64,000 nt of DNA, from assembly GCF_046105845.1 (NCBI RefSeq), contig NZ_CP151004.1; one strand, written 5' to 3'. The stretch is from Escherichia coli. GTDB taxonomy: Bacteria; Pseudomonadota; Gammaproteobacteria; Enterobacterales; Enterobacteriaceae. The notes under the pieces are model-generated. The model was not told where the DNA came from, did no database searches, and was given only the letters and a program-made list of their open reading frames with translations. The position numbers were made by a program, and so were the translations under genes. Shown here in pieces: positions 25,995 to 36,598 of this stretch (position 1 is its first letter; each line of letters starts with the position of its first letter).

Positions 25995-26084
25995 TTTTCG
26001 AGTTCTCCCCATTTTTGCTAAATTCACAATAATGATACCGCATTATTCCATTTTGCAAACTTAAAAGTTCTCCATTGCGAAGAA

Positions 26085-27185
26085 TCATTCCATTTCGAAA
26101 TCATCAATCCTCACTTCAAGCTCCAAACTGGTCGTAAAACCGTTATCCGGGCTGACGGTATGCGTCAGAGTCGTAATGGTCCATTCCGCATCATCTATCG
26201 GCTGTTTAAAACCACTGACCTTCACAGGCATTTCCGTGTAGAGATCTGCCCGCCCTTCTGCCAGTTGTAGCGAAAATGACGCAACGCCGCGTTGCAGGCG
26301 TTCCCACTGCATTTTCGCCGCTCGTTCGGCGTTGCTTCGGTTGGCATAAGTGCGATTAAGTACCAGCACGTTTTCATCCGTACCCACCAGGTAATCGCCC
26401 TGCTTCGCTTCTGGCTCTTTCTTCTGCTTCTTAGTTCTGCGCTTACGCTTCACCGTGGTGCTTTCTTTCTTCGCAGGTTCGCGGGTATGCAACCAGCTGG
26501 CAATTACGCCCGTGTAGGCTCCGCGATCTGCCAGGGTAAATCGGTGACTGTCGCCGTCCTTGCGTGTGATAGTGATCACTGGCAGAGGTTTACCAGTGGC
26601 GCTTTTGCCCTGCCCCTGCCGGATGAATAACAGATTGCCATTTTTCACCGACGCGATGGCACCGTACTGTCGCGCCAGCCGCATCAGAAAACTGCCGTCA
26701 CTCTCATTAGTCTGGTCTATATGCTCCACGGGCTTATCCGACAGGTCTTTACCCAGTGCCATCTTCAGCTTGTGCCGCGCGGCTATTTCCTTCACCACTT
26801 CCCCGACGGTGGTCTTATGCCACGATTTTTCACGGCGGGTATTCAGCGTTTCCCGAAAATCAGCACTTCGCGCCCGGATAGTCAGGCGGTCCGGTGCGCC
26901 AGTGTGTTCAATCTCGTCCACTGTGAATGCCCCTTTCGGGAAAAGCGGCTGCCCCTTCCAGCCCAGCGCCAGCGTAATAACCGCACCACGGCGCGGCAGC
27001 ACGATTTTTCCGTCAGCGTCATCCAGCTCCAGATCAAGCTGGTCCGCTTCAAAGCCCCGGTTATCCGTCAGCGTCAAACTCATCAGGCGGTTATCCAGCA
27101 CAGTGGTGATATCCCTGCCCTCAATACTGATGCTGAATGCGGGAGTTTTGTTGCCTTTGTTAAGCAGTTCAGAGCTGAAATTCAC
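26085..27185 (-). CDS. D: P2 gpD-like tail protein
   Basis: 366 aa, P2-like gene order D-U-T. Confidence 0.85.
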   Translation of the reverse strand: MNFSSELLNKGNKTPAFSISIEGRDITTVLDNRLMSLTLTDNRGFEADQLDLELDDADGKIVLPRRGAVITLALGWKGQPLFPKGAFTVDEIEHTGAPDRLTIRARSADFRETLNTRREKSWHKTTVGEVVKEIAARHKLKMALGKDLSDKPVEHIDQTNESDGSFLMRLARQYGAIASVKNGNLLFIRQGQGKSATGKPLPVITITRKDGDSHRFTLADRGAYTGVIASWLHTREPAKKESTTVKRKRRTKKQKKEPEAKQGDYLVGTDENVLVLNRTYANRSNAERAAKMQWERLQRGVASFSLQLAEGRADLYTEMPVKVSGFKQPIDDAEWTITTLTHTVSPDNGFTTSLELEVRIDDFEME

Positions 27186-27667
27186 GACAGCAGCCCTCCC
27201 ACCGTTTTACTGATATCGCTTAAGGCAGACGTTGCCGTGTCCTGCAGATTATTCAGTTGCGCACTGAGATCACCGAACATATCGGACAGGGATTCATCCA
27301 CTCGTTTGAGCGACAGGGTGAACTCAATCCGGCGCGGCATACCGTCGCGGAAAAACTCCGTTTTAGTCTGATTCAGTCCCTCAATCACATACATGCCGTA
27401 AATCGTGCCGCTGCCTTCAATCAGGGGCCATGCTTTCCCCTGTTCTGCCATCTGCTCCAGTGCCAGCAACGACAGCCTGCCGCCTGTTATCTCCGGCATA
27501 AGAACACCGGAAAGCGTCAGCATGTCGTTGTCCGGTCCCAGAAACTGCGTGGACGGACGACGATTTACCCGGCTGTTAGCCACATGTCGCCAGCTGCGCT
27601 GATACTGCAGTTCCTGATACGGCACGGTGCGCAGCATAAACACGTACAATCCCAGCACCATCATCAT
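27182..27667 (-). CDS. U: P2 gpU-like tail protein
   Basis: MMMVLGLYVFMLRTVPYQE matches remembered P2 gpU start. Confidence 0.85.
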   Translation of the reverse strand: MMMVLGLYVFMLRTVPYQELQYQRSWRHVANSRVNRRPSTQFLGPDNDMLTLSGVLMPEITGGRLSLLALEQMAEQGKAWPLIEGSGTIYGMYVIEGLNQTKTEFFRDGMPRRIEFTLSLKRVDESLSDMFGDLSAQLNNLQDTATSALSDISKTVGGLLS

Positions 27668-30600
27668 GCGTCGTATCCCCCCTGATCGCTGTAGTTACTC
27701 CTGGCTTTTGCCTTCAGCCTGCGTTCACGTTCATCAAGCTGGCGGGCCACCTCCCGCGCAATATCCTGCGCACTTTGTCCTGGCTGTGTCTGGATGATGA
27801 TCTGCGTCGGTGCTTCAATCCGTTGAACGGGCGGCACAGTGGCTGCACGACTCACCATCGCTTCACCGCCTTTCGCGGGAAGTGCCAAAGGGTGCAACGG
27901 TGGAAGCTCTGCTGGCGTAGCAGCAACACCCATCATTCCGGCAACAACGGCAGCCAGTGCAGCTGTATTTCTCCGGCTGGTCACATTTGCCGGGCCGTTA
28001 ACAATTTCCGGCCCGTTTTCACCGACGATGCCAAACTGCCCGCGCGGGATATACCCGCCGCTGTCATACATCCCCGCAAAGCCATATCCCCATGACGGAA
28101 AACCACCCGATGGCATCATCACTTTACCGTCTGCATTCACCGTCGCAGGTTGCTGACGCGTCACGCTTTCCGGCAGTTTCGCCTTTGCGGCCTCTTTACT
28201 GACAATGCCAAGTTTCTCCAGCAACCAGGAAACGCCGGATTTCAGCGAGTCCAGCGGATGCATGACCATATTCAGCCCTTCCGCCAGAGCCTCCCCGAAT
28301 CGTCGCCCCATTGCCGCTGCACTCTGCAGTTCGGCAGAGGTCGACTTAACGGGCGTCAGCAGATCAGTAAACCAGCCCCACAGCGCCTGTACTTTGTCGC
28401 CAATCCACTGGAACACAGGCTTAAGCGGTTCGAACGCGGCACTGACAGGACCTGCCGCCGCTTTGAATCCTTCCACCACGCCACCGAGAAATGCGGTGAT
28501 GGGCTGCCAGTATTTCCAGACAACCAGCGCCACACCCGCCAGTGCAGTAACCACAAGACCTATCGGACTGAGCAGAGCACCTAACAGACCAGAGACGGCA
28601 TACAGGGCAACGCGCAGCATCGCCAGTGGACCGGATGCGAGCATACGCAGCACCGTGCCTGTGGCAGCCAGTCCGCCGCGTAGTACCGCCAGTGGATTCA
28701 TAAACATCACAGCAACCGCACGTAAACCGGATAATCCAGACCGCAAAAGTGCAACCGGCGCACCTGCTACAGTTTTCAGGATATTTCCCGTCAGTAATGC
28801 CGTGCGGCGCAAAGACGACAACGGCGCAGTAAGTAAACCTGCAGCGTTGCCCGATGAAGCAAGCCCGCGTCGCAGCAGTGCCAGTGGTGCGCCAGCCAGC
28901 CAGGACAACGCGTTGCTGGTTCGGGTTACTGCTGCCGTAACGGAAGGTAACGTTTTGATACCCAGCACAGAGAATCCCAGACGGATGACTGCCAGCGGCC
29001 CCAGCACTGCAGCCAGCGCCACCGCTAAGGTGCCGAGGCCCACGGTAACGGCAGCTACCACAGCGGCTACTTTCATCAGAGTGCCCGTCAGTTCCGGGTT
29101 AGCTTCCACCCAGCGACGCAACGCCCCCGTGACGCTTTTCACCGTGTACAGAATATCCATCAGCGGCTGGCGCAGCGTTTCCCCCAGGCTGCTGAAGGTG
29201 TTCTGTGCTCCGGTTTTGACCAGCAACCACTGAGCAGAAAGTGAATCCTTGTTGATGTCGGATTCTTTCTGCATGGAACCGAGCGCATCATTGCCCGCTG
29301 TCAGTTTTAACTGGCGCTGAAGTTCCGGCAGGTTGTTTGCCAGTTTCGCTGCGTCATCGCCAAACTCTTTACCAAACAACATGGTCATGGCAGACAGGCG
29401 CTTATCCTGTGGCAGCGCATTCACCTTCTCCAGCACGCGCTGGATAGTTCCCATCGCATCCTTCGTCATCTGCTTTTCAATCACTTCTGGATTGAGTTTC
29501 AGCAGATTCATCCCTTCAAAGAAACTCTTGCTTTGCATGGTGGCAATGGACAATTCACGCACCATCGCGTTTGCTGCACTGGCTGCAACCTCAGGCGCAG
29601 CGCCGAGTGTCAGGAAGGTGGAACCCAGCGCCGCCGCTTTACGATAATCCAGACGGTCAGCCACACCGCCCAGGCGTTGCATGACATCAATGATGTCCGC
29701 CCCTTTCGACATGGCGTTATCATCCAGATAGTTCAGCGCATCACCGAGCTGCTCAATATTGCGGGTAGGGATTTTGTAGAGCTGGGCGATTTTCCCCAGA
29801 CTTTCTGACAGTTCATCCGCTGGCAGTTCAAAGGCTGTTGCCGCCTTTGCCGCCGTGCTGGCGAAGGCCAGCAGGTCACGTTTCTGATCTTCCCAGCTGT
29901 CGTCAGGGTTTGCGACGTTCATGCGCGCACCACCTTCAACCAGTGCAGCGAAGTCCACCGCACCGTTTTCCATCGGCAACTGTTCGCTGGCAGCCTTGAT
30001 GGCATCCTGCATTTCATAAAAACGTGCAGTGCGGTTGCCATTATCGTCACGCAGACCATTGACCTGCTTTGCCACACCTTTCATGGCATCTTCCATGCTG
30101 GTATAGCTTTTTACTGCCGCCATCACTGGCGCACCCATTGCCAGCCCTGCAGCCGTGGTGGTAGCTCCGGCACCTGCAATACGATCACGCACCTCCAGCG
30201 AACGGGCATAACTGGCACGCGCTGCATTCATCCTGCGCTGAGCTTCCCCCAGTCGCTTCAGCCGCGCCTCCTGTTTCGAAAGTTCCTGGTTATAACGTGA
30301 TGTTTCACGGGCTAAACGGGCAGTTGCTCCCGCATCGTCTTTCGCAGAAATTCCCGCCCGGTACAGTTCAGCACGCACAAGCGCCGTCTGCTGCTGCAGC
30401 TTTTTCTGGCGTTCTTCTAGGCGCTGAACAGCCAGCCGTTGACGGCCCAGAGCAACAACCTGACGTTGCGAAGGCGGCCCCATCGCTCCCAGTTCCTGAC
30501 TGAGCAAATTTGCACGCTGGCGGGCATAGTTCAGCCTGTCGCCTAATTTCTGATTTTCTGCCTGCAGCTTTCGGAAGCTGTCCAGACTGCTCCCGGCCTG

Positions 30601-30741
30601 ATCAAGCTGCTTTATTGCATCGCGGGATTTTTTGACAGCAGCAGCCAGTTCTCTTGAACTGGCCTGCGCAGATCGAAATGGGCGGGTGAGCTTGTCAACC
30701 GCATTAAGAATGACCTGCAGACGCAGGTTGTTATCACTCAT
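27664..30741 (-). CDS. T: tail tape-measure protein (P2 gpT-like)
   Basis: 1025 aa, coiled-coil N-terminus, hydrophobic central block. Confidence 0.85.
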   Translation of the reverse strand: MSDNNLRLQVILNAVDKLTRPFRSAQASSRELAAAVKKSRDAIKQLDQAGSSLDSFRKLQAENQKLGDRLNYARQRANLLSQELGAMGPPSQRQVVALGRQRLAVQRLEERQKKLQQQTALVRAELYRAGISAKDDAGATARLARETSRYNQELSKQEARLKRLGEAQRRMNAARASYARSLEVRDRIAGAGATTTAAGLAMGAPVMAAVKSYTSMEDAMKGVAKQVNGLRDDNGNRTARFYEMQDAIKAASEQLPMENGAVDFAALVEGGARMNVANPDDSWEDQKRDLLAFASTAAKAATAFELPADELSESLGKIAQLYKIPTRNIEQLGDALNYLDDNAMSKGADIIDVMQRLGGVADRLDYRKAAALGSTFLTLGAAPEVAASAANAMVRELSIATMQSKSFFEGMNLLKLNPEVIEKQMTKDAMGTIQRVLEKVNALPQDKRLSAMTMLFGKEFGDDAAKLANNLPELQRQLKLTAGNDALGSMQKESDINKDSLSAQWLLVKTGAQNTFSSLGETLRQPLMDILYTVKSVTGALRRWVEANPELTGTLMKVAAVVAAVTVGLGTLAVALAAVLGPLAVIRLGFSVLGIKTLPSVTAAVTRTSNALSWLAGAPLALLRRGLASSGNAAGLLTAPLSSLRRTALLTGNILKTVAGAPVALLRSGLSGLRAVAVMFMNPLAVLRGGLAATGTVLRMLASGPLAMLRVALYAVSGLLGALLSPIGLVVTALAGVALVVWKYWQPITAFLGGVVEGFKAAAGPVSAAFEPLKPVFQWIGDKVQALWGWFTDLLTPVKSTSAELQSAAAMGRRFGEALAEGLNMVMHPLDSLKSGVSWLLEKLGIVSKEAAKAKLPESVTRQQPATVNADGKVMMPSGGFPSWGYGFAGMYDSGGYIPRGQFGIVGENGPEIVNGPANVTSRRNTAALAAVVAGMMGVAATPAELPPLHPLALPAKGGEAMVSRAATVPPVQRIEAPTQIIIQTQPGQSAQDIAREVARQLDERERRLKAKARSNYSDQGGYDA

Positions 30742-30867
30742 CGTTGGCCCCGCTTCTCTGAATCGCTTTATACCGCCATTCCAGCACTTCGGTCAGCGGC
30801 ATAACGTCAGTAACGGATGGCGGCCAGTGAAAAATGGTGGCGATATCTGCCACCAGATCGTCAACCG

Positions 30868-31170
30868 TCAGGCTGTCGGTAAACCGGCAAGCACCGACTT
30901 CTTCAACAAAAAAGTGACAACCTCAACCGACATGGCAGTGAGATCTGCCGGGTCCATCTCTGCAATTTCCTGTGCAGTCAGTGCCGGACTGGAGATGCGG
31001 GGGATCACGGTCATCATCGCGTTTACATCCATATCCATAATGGCCTGCAGGCGTGTACCGCGCAGCGCACCGGACTGCGGTTTACGCAGCACAATTTCGG
31101 TGATTTCTGTTTTACCGCGCTTGATGGGGGTATCCAGTTGAATGGTCTTTTCAGTCTGCTTATCGCTCAT
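30868..31170 (-). CDS. E: tail assembly chaperone gpE (E-prime via frameshift)
   Basis: 100 aa upstream of T; slip site within its 3' end. Confidence 0.8.
   Translation of the reverse strand: MSDKQTEKTIQLDTPIKRGKTEITEIVLRKPQSGALRGTRLQAIMDMDVNAMMTVIPRISSPALTAQEIAEMDPADLTAMSVEVVTFLLKKSVLAGLPTA
30907..30913 (-). promoter_or_regulatory. -1 frameshift heptamer TTTTTTG for E/E-prime
   Basis: Coding strand reads act ttt ttg ttg near the end of E, the P2-type slip site. Confidence 0.6.
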
Positions 31171-31224
31171 TTTGCTGTCCTGTCAATTGGGTTCTGGCGC
31201 GGTATCCCGCGCCGTTCAGATATA

Positions 31225-31740
31225 TCAGAGGCCGAGGGCGTTGCGGTGCGCTTCCATCAGGTCCACACCGTCCACAATTTCCACCATGTTGATAAGGTCC
31301 ACTTCATAGAGCACCTCACCATTGATGGTCAGCTTCGCGTAGCTGTTGGTACTGGTCACTTTGGTGGTGTTGCTTTCGCCCGTCTTCCACTCGCCGGAAT
31401 CCACTTCTTTGTGACGTCCACGCACGACAAGCTCCACGGCCTGCACTTCCGCGGTATCGTCACGCTGAATAGAGCCGGTAAAGCGCAGCTGGATGCCATC
31501 CACCGTGGCTTTACCCATCTGTTTAAACAGCAGCAATTCAGTACCACCAATGGAAAATTCTGTGTCCAGCGCACTGTCATCAAGCCCCAGATCCACATCC
31601 ACCGCACCCGGCATTCCGCCGCCGCGATACTTCTCATATTTGCGGGTAAATTTCGGCAGCGTCAGCGACTCAACGATCCCCTGCCAGTTGTTCCCGTCGT
31701 TAAACAGGTTCAGGTGTTTTAATTTGCGTGGTAAAGCCAT
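31225..31740 (-). CDS. FII: tail tube protein (P2 FII-like)
   Basis: 171 aa, order FI-FII-E-T. Confidence 0.85.
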   Translation of the reverse strand: MALPRKLKHLNLFNDGNNWQGIVESLTLPKFTRKYEKYRGGGMPGAVDVDLGLDDSALDTEFSIGGTELLLFKQMGKATVDGIQLRFTGSIQRDDTAEVQAVELVVRGRHKEVDSGEWKTGESNTTKVTSTNSYAKLTINGEVLYEVDLINMVEIVDGVDLMEAHRNALGL

Positions 31741-31749
31741 GTTGTCCCC

Positions 31750-32922
31750 TTACGCGCTGACCTGGCTGGCGAAATTCACCAGGTACTGATCGGTGATGCG
31801 CTGACGCAGCATCAGGTTTTCAAGTGGCGGCACTGGCGTGTAGTCGTAGTCGATGGTGAGTTTTCCGGCTTTCAGCGTGTCTTTGTCGTTCACCGACTCA
31901 TCCAGCCAGCAATCACCACCAATGAGATAGCCCTGACAGACCAGGCTGCGCATTTTGGCGCGGATACCTTCGATAATGTCGCGGGCCAGCGACGGGTTAA
32001 GCGGTTTATCCACCGCCCACATGTGTGCTTCTGCCATCGTGTCCATCAGCACCTGCGCCGTGCGGGTGTAGTTTTCGAAGGCAAAGAGCGGGTCATCACT
32101 CAGGCAGCGGGAACCCCAGAAGCGGAAACCGTCTTTACGCACAAGCGTGGTGACGTCGTTCTGGTTCAGCAGACCTGCATCGGTTGCCGGGTCCTGCAGA
32201 TCCCAGAACACATCTGCAGAAATTCCGGTGACACCGTTCACGCCCACGTTGGACAGGCTTTTGTGCCATCCGGTCTGCTCGTCAATTTTGGCGCGCAGAC
32301 CAAGCGCACGGGCGGTGGCATATGCCGTTGCTTCGGCATTCAGCACCGTGTCCCAGCCAGTAAAGTCAGGCCAGATCAGCATCCCTTCGCGCTGGCTGAA
32401 GTTTTCGCGGTAAGTGATCGCCTCCTGCACTGTCTTGCAGCCATACGCTGACAGGTAAGCAAATCCACGCAGGCTTTGCGCCACGCTCAGCAACTCAGTC
32501 GCAACGGCTTTGTTATCGTGACCTGGCACGCCGAGAATGCGCGGTTTAACGCCGAGCTGTGTCTGGGCAGATAACAGGGCTTTCATGCCTGTTTTTTTAC
32601 CTTCAGCAGTCACTGCGCCGATGATATTGGTCGTGGTTTCTTCTTCCGTTTCACCCTGCGGCACACGCACAACAACGGTCACGGGTTTTGCCTGGTCAGA
32701 GATGGCATCCAGCGAACGGGCCAACGTGCCGGACTCACCCGCTTTACCGCTGGCAGTCAGCACATCAGTGATCAGCACGGGTTTATTAAGAGGAAACATT
32801 TTTGCATCGGCATCATCGCCCGTGCAGACCATGCCCACGATGGCGGTGCTCACCGTGGTAATGGATCGGGTACCTTCGTTGACTTCAACAACGCGCACCC
32901 CGTGGTGGTAATCCTGAGCCAT
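31750..32922 (-). CDS. FI: tail sheath protein (P2 FI-like)
   Basis: 390 aa, [13 protein letters not shown] start. Confidence 0.85.
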   Translation of the reverse strand: MAQDYHHGVRVVEVNEGTRSITTVSTAIVGMVCTGDDADAKMFPLNKPVLITDVLTASGKAGESGTLARSLDAISDQAKPVTVVVRVPQGETEEETTTNIIGAVTAEGKKTGMKALLSAQTQLGVKPRILGVPGHDNKAVATELLSVAQSLRGFAYLSAYGCKTVQEAITYRENFSQREGMLIWPDFTGWDTVLNAEATAYATARALGLRAKIDEQTGWHKSLSNVGVNGVTGISADVFWDLQDPATDAGLLNQNDVTTLVRKDGFRFWGSRCLSDDPLFAFENYTRTAQVLMDTMAEAHMWAVDKPLNPSLARDIIEGIRAKMRSLVCQGYLIGGDCWLDESVNDKDTLKAGKLTIDYDYTPVPPLENLMLRQRITDQYLVNFASQVSA

Positions 32923-33064
32923 AGTGGCGAACCTCCTGATTGGATTAGGCTTCGCCCTATGTTGAAGTGATTGTGCCTGACAAACAGCTAAGCGCAGTTG
33001 TACCGTTATTCACACAAAATGACGGTATTTGTCTGCTTGCAGGGATAATCAAAATAATGCTGAT

Positions 33065-33631
33065 TCAGGGGGATTCATTACTCTTATTTGCCGGAAATTT
33101 TCTATAAATTGTGGAAACACCCACATCAAAAATCAGTGCAATACGCTGTCTTGATTCTCCGGCCTCGAGTAAGCGTCCAATCTGTGCCCACTGTTCGGTG
33201 GTCAACTTAGGACGGCGTCCACCTACTCTGCCTTTGTCGCGAGCTGCAGCAATCCCCGCCCTGGTACGTTCAACTATCAGTTCGCGTTCCATTTCAGCCA
33301 GGGCACCCATGACATGAAAAAAGAAACGGCCCATTGGGGTACTGGTATCAATACTGTCAGTCAGGCTTCGGAAATTCACGCCACGCTGGCGCAACTCTTC
33401 TATCAGCGTAACAAGATGCCGCATACTGCGTCCCAACCTGTCCAGCTTCCAGACAACCAGCGTGTCTCCTGCCGATAGTGTCCTGAGTAGTTTTTTCAGC
33501 CCCGGTCTGTCGGACTTAGTGCCACTGATTTTATCCTCAAAAATCCGCTCACATCCCGCGCAGTTCAGTGCATTACGTTGCAAATCGGTGTTCTGGTCAT
33601 TTGTTGACACGCGTACATAGCCAATAAGCAT
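33065..33631 (-). CDS. Pin/Gin/Hin-family DNA invertase
   Basis: MLIGYVRVSTNDQNTDLQRNAL N-terminus at 33631; close to remembered e14 Pin. Confidence 0.9.
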   Translation of the reverse strand: MLIGYVRVSTNDQNTDLQRNALNCAGCERIFEDKISGTKSDRPGLKKLLRTLSAGDTLVVWKLDRLGRSMRHLVTLIEELRQRGVNFRSLTDSIDTSTPMGRFFFHVMGALAEMERELIVERTRAGIAAARDKGRVGGRRPKLTTEQWAQIGRLLEAGESRQRIALIFDVGVSTIYRKFPANKSNESP

Positions 33632-33685
33632 GATCAATCCCCTGAATAAAAACCGTGGATGATGCCAGTTAGCCATTATCTCTGC

Positions 33686-34060
33686 ATTTTCATAAACGTT
33701 GGTTTGGGAGAAGCGGCGAAAAGGGATGTGGGCACAGGAGAAAATCAGATACCGGATATGTCAGCCTGGAAAAGAAATCCGAGTTCTAATCGCTGGAGAA
33801 AATTGCCTGATGGAACCATCATTCAAATGGGAATATCAGCATCAGGACCATTAGGCTCACCTGTAAATATCACCCTGCCGATATCTTTCAGCAATACCAA
33901 TTATTGTGTTGTTGCATCGTACGATAATGCACGGTCAGGTGTGTCAACAATGGTTAGTTTTGCAGCATTGCCTGTTTCACCATCGCAATTTTCCCTGATG
34001 TCATCTGTGACTGAGCAAGGAATAAATCCTTTTGCTTACTGGATTGCTTTTGGAGATTGA
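33686..34060 (+). CDS. alternative tail-fibre C-terminal variable segment, promoterless (expressed only after inversion)
   Basis: Frame open through the crossover site (…VGLGEAAK…); no independent start within the segment. Confidence 0.65.
   Translation: MFINVGLGEAAKRDVGTGENQIPDMSAWKRNPSSNRWRKLPDGTIIQMGISASGPLGSPVNITLPISFSNTNYCVVASYDNARSGVSTMVSFAALPVSPSQFSLMSSVTEQGINPFAYWIAFGD
33687..33712. promoter_or_regulatory. 26-bp inversion crossover site (gix/pix-like), invertase-proximal
   Basis: ttttcataaacgttggtttgggagaa; reverse complement shares 14/14 leading bases with the site at 35536. Confidence 0.8.
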
Positions 34061-34063
34061 TAA

Positions 34064-34483
34064 ATGGACAGATACTTCTATTCACAAAAAGAAAATGGTT
34101 TTTTTACCGATTTAAATAAAGCACCTTCAGATGCTGTTGAGATAACCACGGATGAATGGCTGTTACTACTGGATGGTCAGGATAATGGCATGAAAATAGT
34201 CAGCAATCAGGAGGGATATCCGGTTTTGATAGAGCAACCACCTTTATCAAAAGAAAACCTTATTGCATTGGTGGAGTTGAAAAAAAGAAAACTTATTAAT
34301 GAAGCCAACGAGCACATGAACAGCAGACAATGGCCAGGTAAAGCGGCTATTGGTCGTCTGAAAGGTGAGGAACTGGCGCAATATAATTTATGGCTGGATT
34401 ATCTGGACGCACTGGAACTGGTTGATCCCTCCAGTGCTCCAGATATTGAATGGCCTACGCCTCCGGCAGTTCAGGCCAGATGA
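34064..34483 (+). CDS. alternative tail fibre assembly protein
   Basis: 139 aa ending DIEWPTPPAVQAR, Tfa-family C-terminus. Confidence 0.75.
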   Translation: MDRYFYSQKENGFFTDLNKAPSDAVEITTDEWLLLLDGQDNGMKIVSNQEGYPVLIEQPPLSKENLIALVELKKRKLINEANEHMNSRQWPGKAAIGRLKGEELAQYNLWLDYLDALELVDPSSAPDIEWPTPPAVQAR

Positions 34484-35057
34484 CATCCGGTGCGGTGCTG
34501 GTATCTGTTGCCGTCACCGCGTCAATGTAATCCAGCGCAGCGTTAAGTCGGGCGGTTTCTGCCTGCGTCAGATTCCGTCCGGCCTGTAATTTCAGTTGAA
34601 TCAGACTGATAGAAGCCATTGCTGTATCAATCAGCGACTGGCGCTGTGCTTCTGCTGCATCTACTACGGCGCTATGCTGTGCCTCGGTATCCGTCACCCA
34701 TTTCTCACCATCCCATTTATCGTATGGCGTTAACGGGGCGATAGTGGTTGTATTATCAGGGTAATCACCCGGTGCTGTGATTTCTTTTGATTCTCCTGTT
34801 TCGGTGCTAAAGACAATTTCACCGCGATGGTCTGGTACATATTCCCATGAGTTAAAATCTGCAGAGCGGCAGATTGCATAACCAGCTTTGTAGGTGCCTG
34901 GAGCATCTAAACAGGAATATGCCGGAATGCCGACACCAACAGCAAGATATTCAGTTGAAGCTGAAATATACTCCCGACTCATGACGTCAAAGTTATAAAC
35001 AGTAATTTCTCCTGCCATAGTGGCAATTAATTCACTGTTTAATTCTGCGTTATTCAT
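34455..35057 (-). CDS. tail fibre assembly protein (current orientation)
   Basis: 200 aa ending VIWPELPEA; directly downstream of H. Confidence 0.8.
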   Translation of the reverse strand: MNNAELNSELIATMAGEITVYNFDVMSREYISASTEYLAVGVGIPAYSCLDAPGTYKAGYAICRSADFNSWEYVPDHRGEIVFSTETGESKEITAPGDYPDNTTTIAPLTPYDKWDGEKWVTDTEAQHSAVVDAAEAQRQSLIDTAMASISLIQLKLQAGRNLTQAETARLNAALDYIDAVTATDTSTAPDVIWPELPEA

Positions 35058-36598
35058 TATGCAGCCCTCACAATATAGTTAAAAGCGACATTTCGTGGGC
35101 GTGTTTCATTCGCACCTGCAGGTTTAGTCGTTGCCGCAACAACACCACCCTCTGTAATAGCCGGGTTAGGAATTGGGTAATTATCGAAGTCAATGGCCGG
35201 AGACAGGGGCGTGATTTGTTTTAAAATCGTGGTGCCTGTAAAACTTTCCAGAGTCTGGTCGTTAGTTCGTGAAGTCCAGATTCCCCAATAGTGGTTATGA
35301 CTGACAATCGCACCGTCCTGAAGCGTTAATAATCCCCTTCCGTTATCCACTCCACGTCCGTCATCCCAGCCACGAATAAACTCACCGCGTAAATCAGGCA
35401 ATTTATTTGTCGGGTAAGCCTTTGCCAGTTCCGGGTATTCTTCAGCAGAAAAAGCCGCACCATTGCATTTCAGCCAGCCTGTCGGCGGAGTGGCGGAAGG
35501 CCACGGAACAGGCACACCAACAGGTAATGCAGAGCCTTCTCCCAAACCAAGGTATGCGAGAAGACCAGCTACATCCTTTCCACTCAAATTGGTAAGCGTA
35601 TTGTCCAGCGGTTGTTTACCTGCCAGCGCATTAAGCATTGTCGTGGCAAAGTTCGGATCATTCCCCAGTGCCGCCGCCAGTTCGTTCAGTGTATCCAATG
35701 CCGCGGGTGCAGAACCCACCATTGCTGCAATCGCTGATTTTACAAAAGCTGTAGTGGCAATCTGTGTATTGTTGACCGACTGTGCCGCAGTAGGTGCTGT
35801 TGGCGTTCCGGTGAGTGCCGGACTCGACAGTGGCGCTTTCAGTGCCAGCGCATTGTTAATGGTGGTACTGAATTTCGGATCATTGTTAATGGCTACGGCT
35901 ATTTCTTTCAGCGTGTCCAGCGTGGCTGGCGCACCATTAATAAGAGCCGTCAGTGCCGCCTGAACAAATGCGGTGGTCGCAAGCTGCGTGGTATTATTCC
36001 CCGCCGCTGGCGTTGGCGCTTTGGGGGTTCCGGTAAACGTTGGACTTTCTTTGGGTGCATACTGTGAATGCGGGTCCGGCGCGGCAAGATGTTTTGCCAT
36101 CAGGTCATCCACGTACACCTTCAGCTCCAGTGCCTTGTCATCCACATACTTGCGGGTTGCCAGCACTACTGCAGGGTCGATTTTCAGGGTGATATTGTCC
36201 GTGCTGCTGGTAATCAGCACCATGCGCACGGTCTGGGTGCGCCCGCTGCCTTCAGCCAGTTGCGGCTTATAGCTTTCCGGGCAGTTGCCCACGGCAATCA
36301 ATGCACCTGATTCATCAAACAGGCCCACTTCACGTATCCACCAACCGCCCTCGTTTTCAGGGATCACCTGTTCAGCAATAATCTGGCTGCTGTTCTGCGG
36401 GTCGATATAGAGCATATTCAGCGCAGCCCGGCGTTTCTCATTTACCAGTGCCGTCTGCTTTGCGTCCGGCGTTGGCAATGTTCCGCCGCCATCGCCGACC
36501 GCCATATGGGTAATTTTTAAAGGCACACCGAGCGCGGCGGCGCTGGCAAGTTTCGCCGCGCCAATATCCGTCAGCAGGGTATAAAATTTTGTGCTCAT
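35057..36598 (-). CDS. H: tail fibre protein (P2 gpH-like), current-orientation fusion
   Basis: MSTKFYTLLTDIGAAKLA start; crossover site encodes LLAYLGLGEG about two thirds into the protein; C-terminus NVAFNYIVRAA. Confidence 0.85.
   Translation of the reverse strand: MSTKFYTLLTDIGAAKLASAAALGVPLKITHMAVGDGGGTLPTPDAKQTALVNEKRRAALNMLYIDPQNSSQIIAEQVIPENEGGWWIREVGLFDESGALIAVGNCPESYKPQLAEGSGRTQTVRMVLITSSTDNITLKIDPAVVLATRKYVDDKALELKVYVDDLMAKHLAAPDPHSQYAPKESPTFTGTPKAPTPAAGNNTTQLATTAFVQAALTALINGAPATLDTLKEIAVAINNDPKFSTTINNALALKAPLSSPALTGTPTAPTAAQSVNNTQIATTAFVKSAIAAMVGSAPAALDTLNELAAALGNDPNFATTMLNALAGKQPLDNTLTNLSGKDVAGLLAYLGLGEGSALPVGVPVPWPSATPPTGWLKCNGAAFSAEEYPELAKAYPTNKLPDLRGEFIRGWDDGRGVDNGRGLLTLQDGAIVSHNHYWGIWTSRTNDQTLESFTGTTILKQITPLSPAIDFDNYPIPNPAITEGGVVAATTKPAGANETRPRNVAFNYIVRAA
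35536..35561. promoter_or_regulatory. 26-bp inversion crossover site inside the tail-fibre gene
   Basis: ttctcccaaaccaaggtatgcgagaa, inverted copy of the 33687 site. Confidence 0.8.

Larger units (their letters stand above)
33687..35561. other. invertible tail-fibre segment (~1.9 kb) bounded by inverted crossover sites
   Basis: Inverted 26-bp sites; segment holds the C-terminal end of H plus tfa on one strand and a promoterless alternative C-terminus plus alternative tfa on the other. Confidence 0.8.

Noticed and set aside
28205-29233. 342-aa plus-strand ORF antisense to the tape-measure gene, and similar antisense ORFs across 186-like structural genes
   Set aside because: Overlap confidently assigned genes in opposite orientation; typical GC-rich frame artefacts
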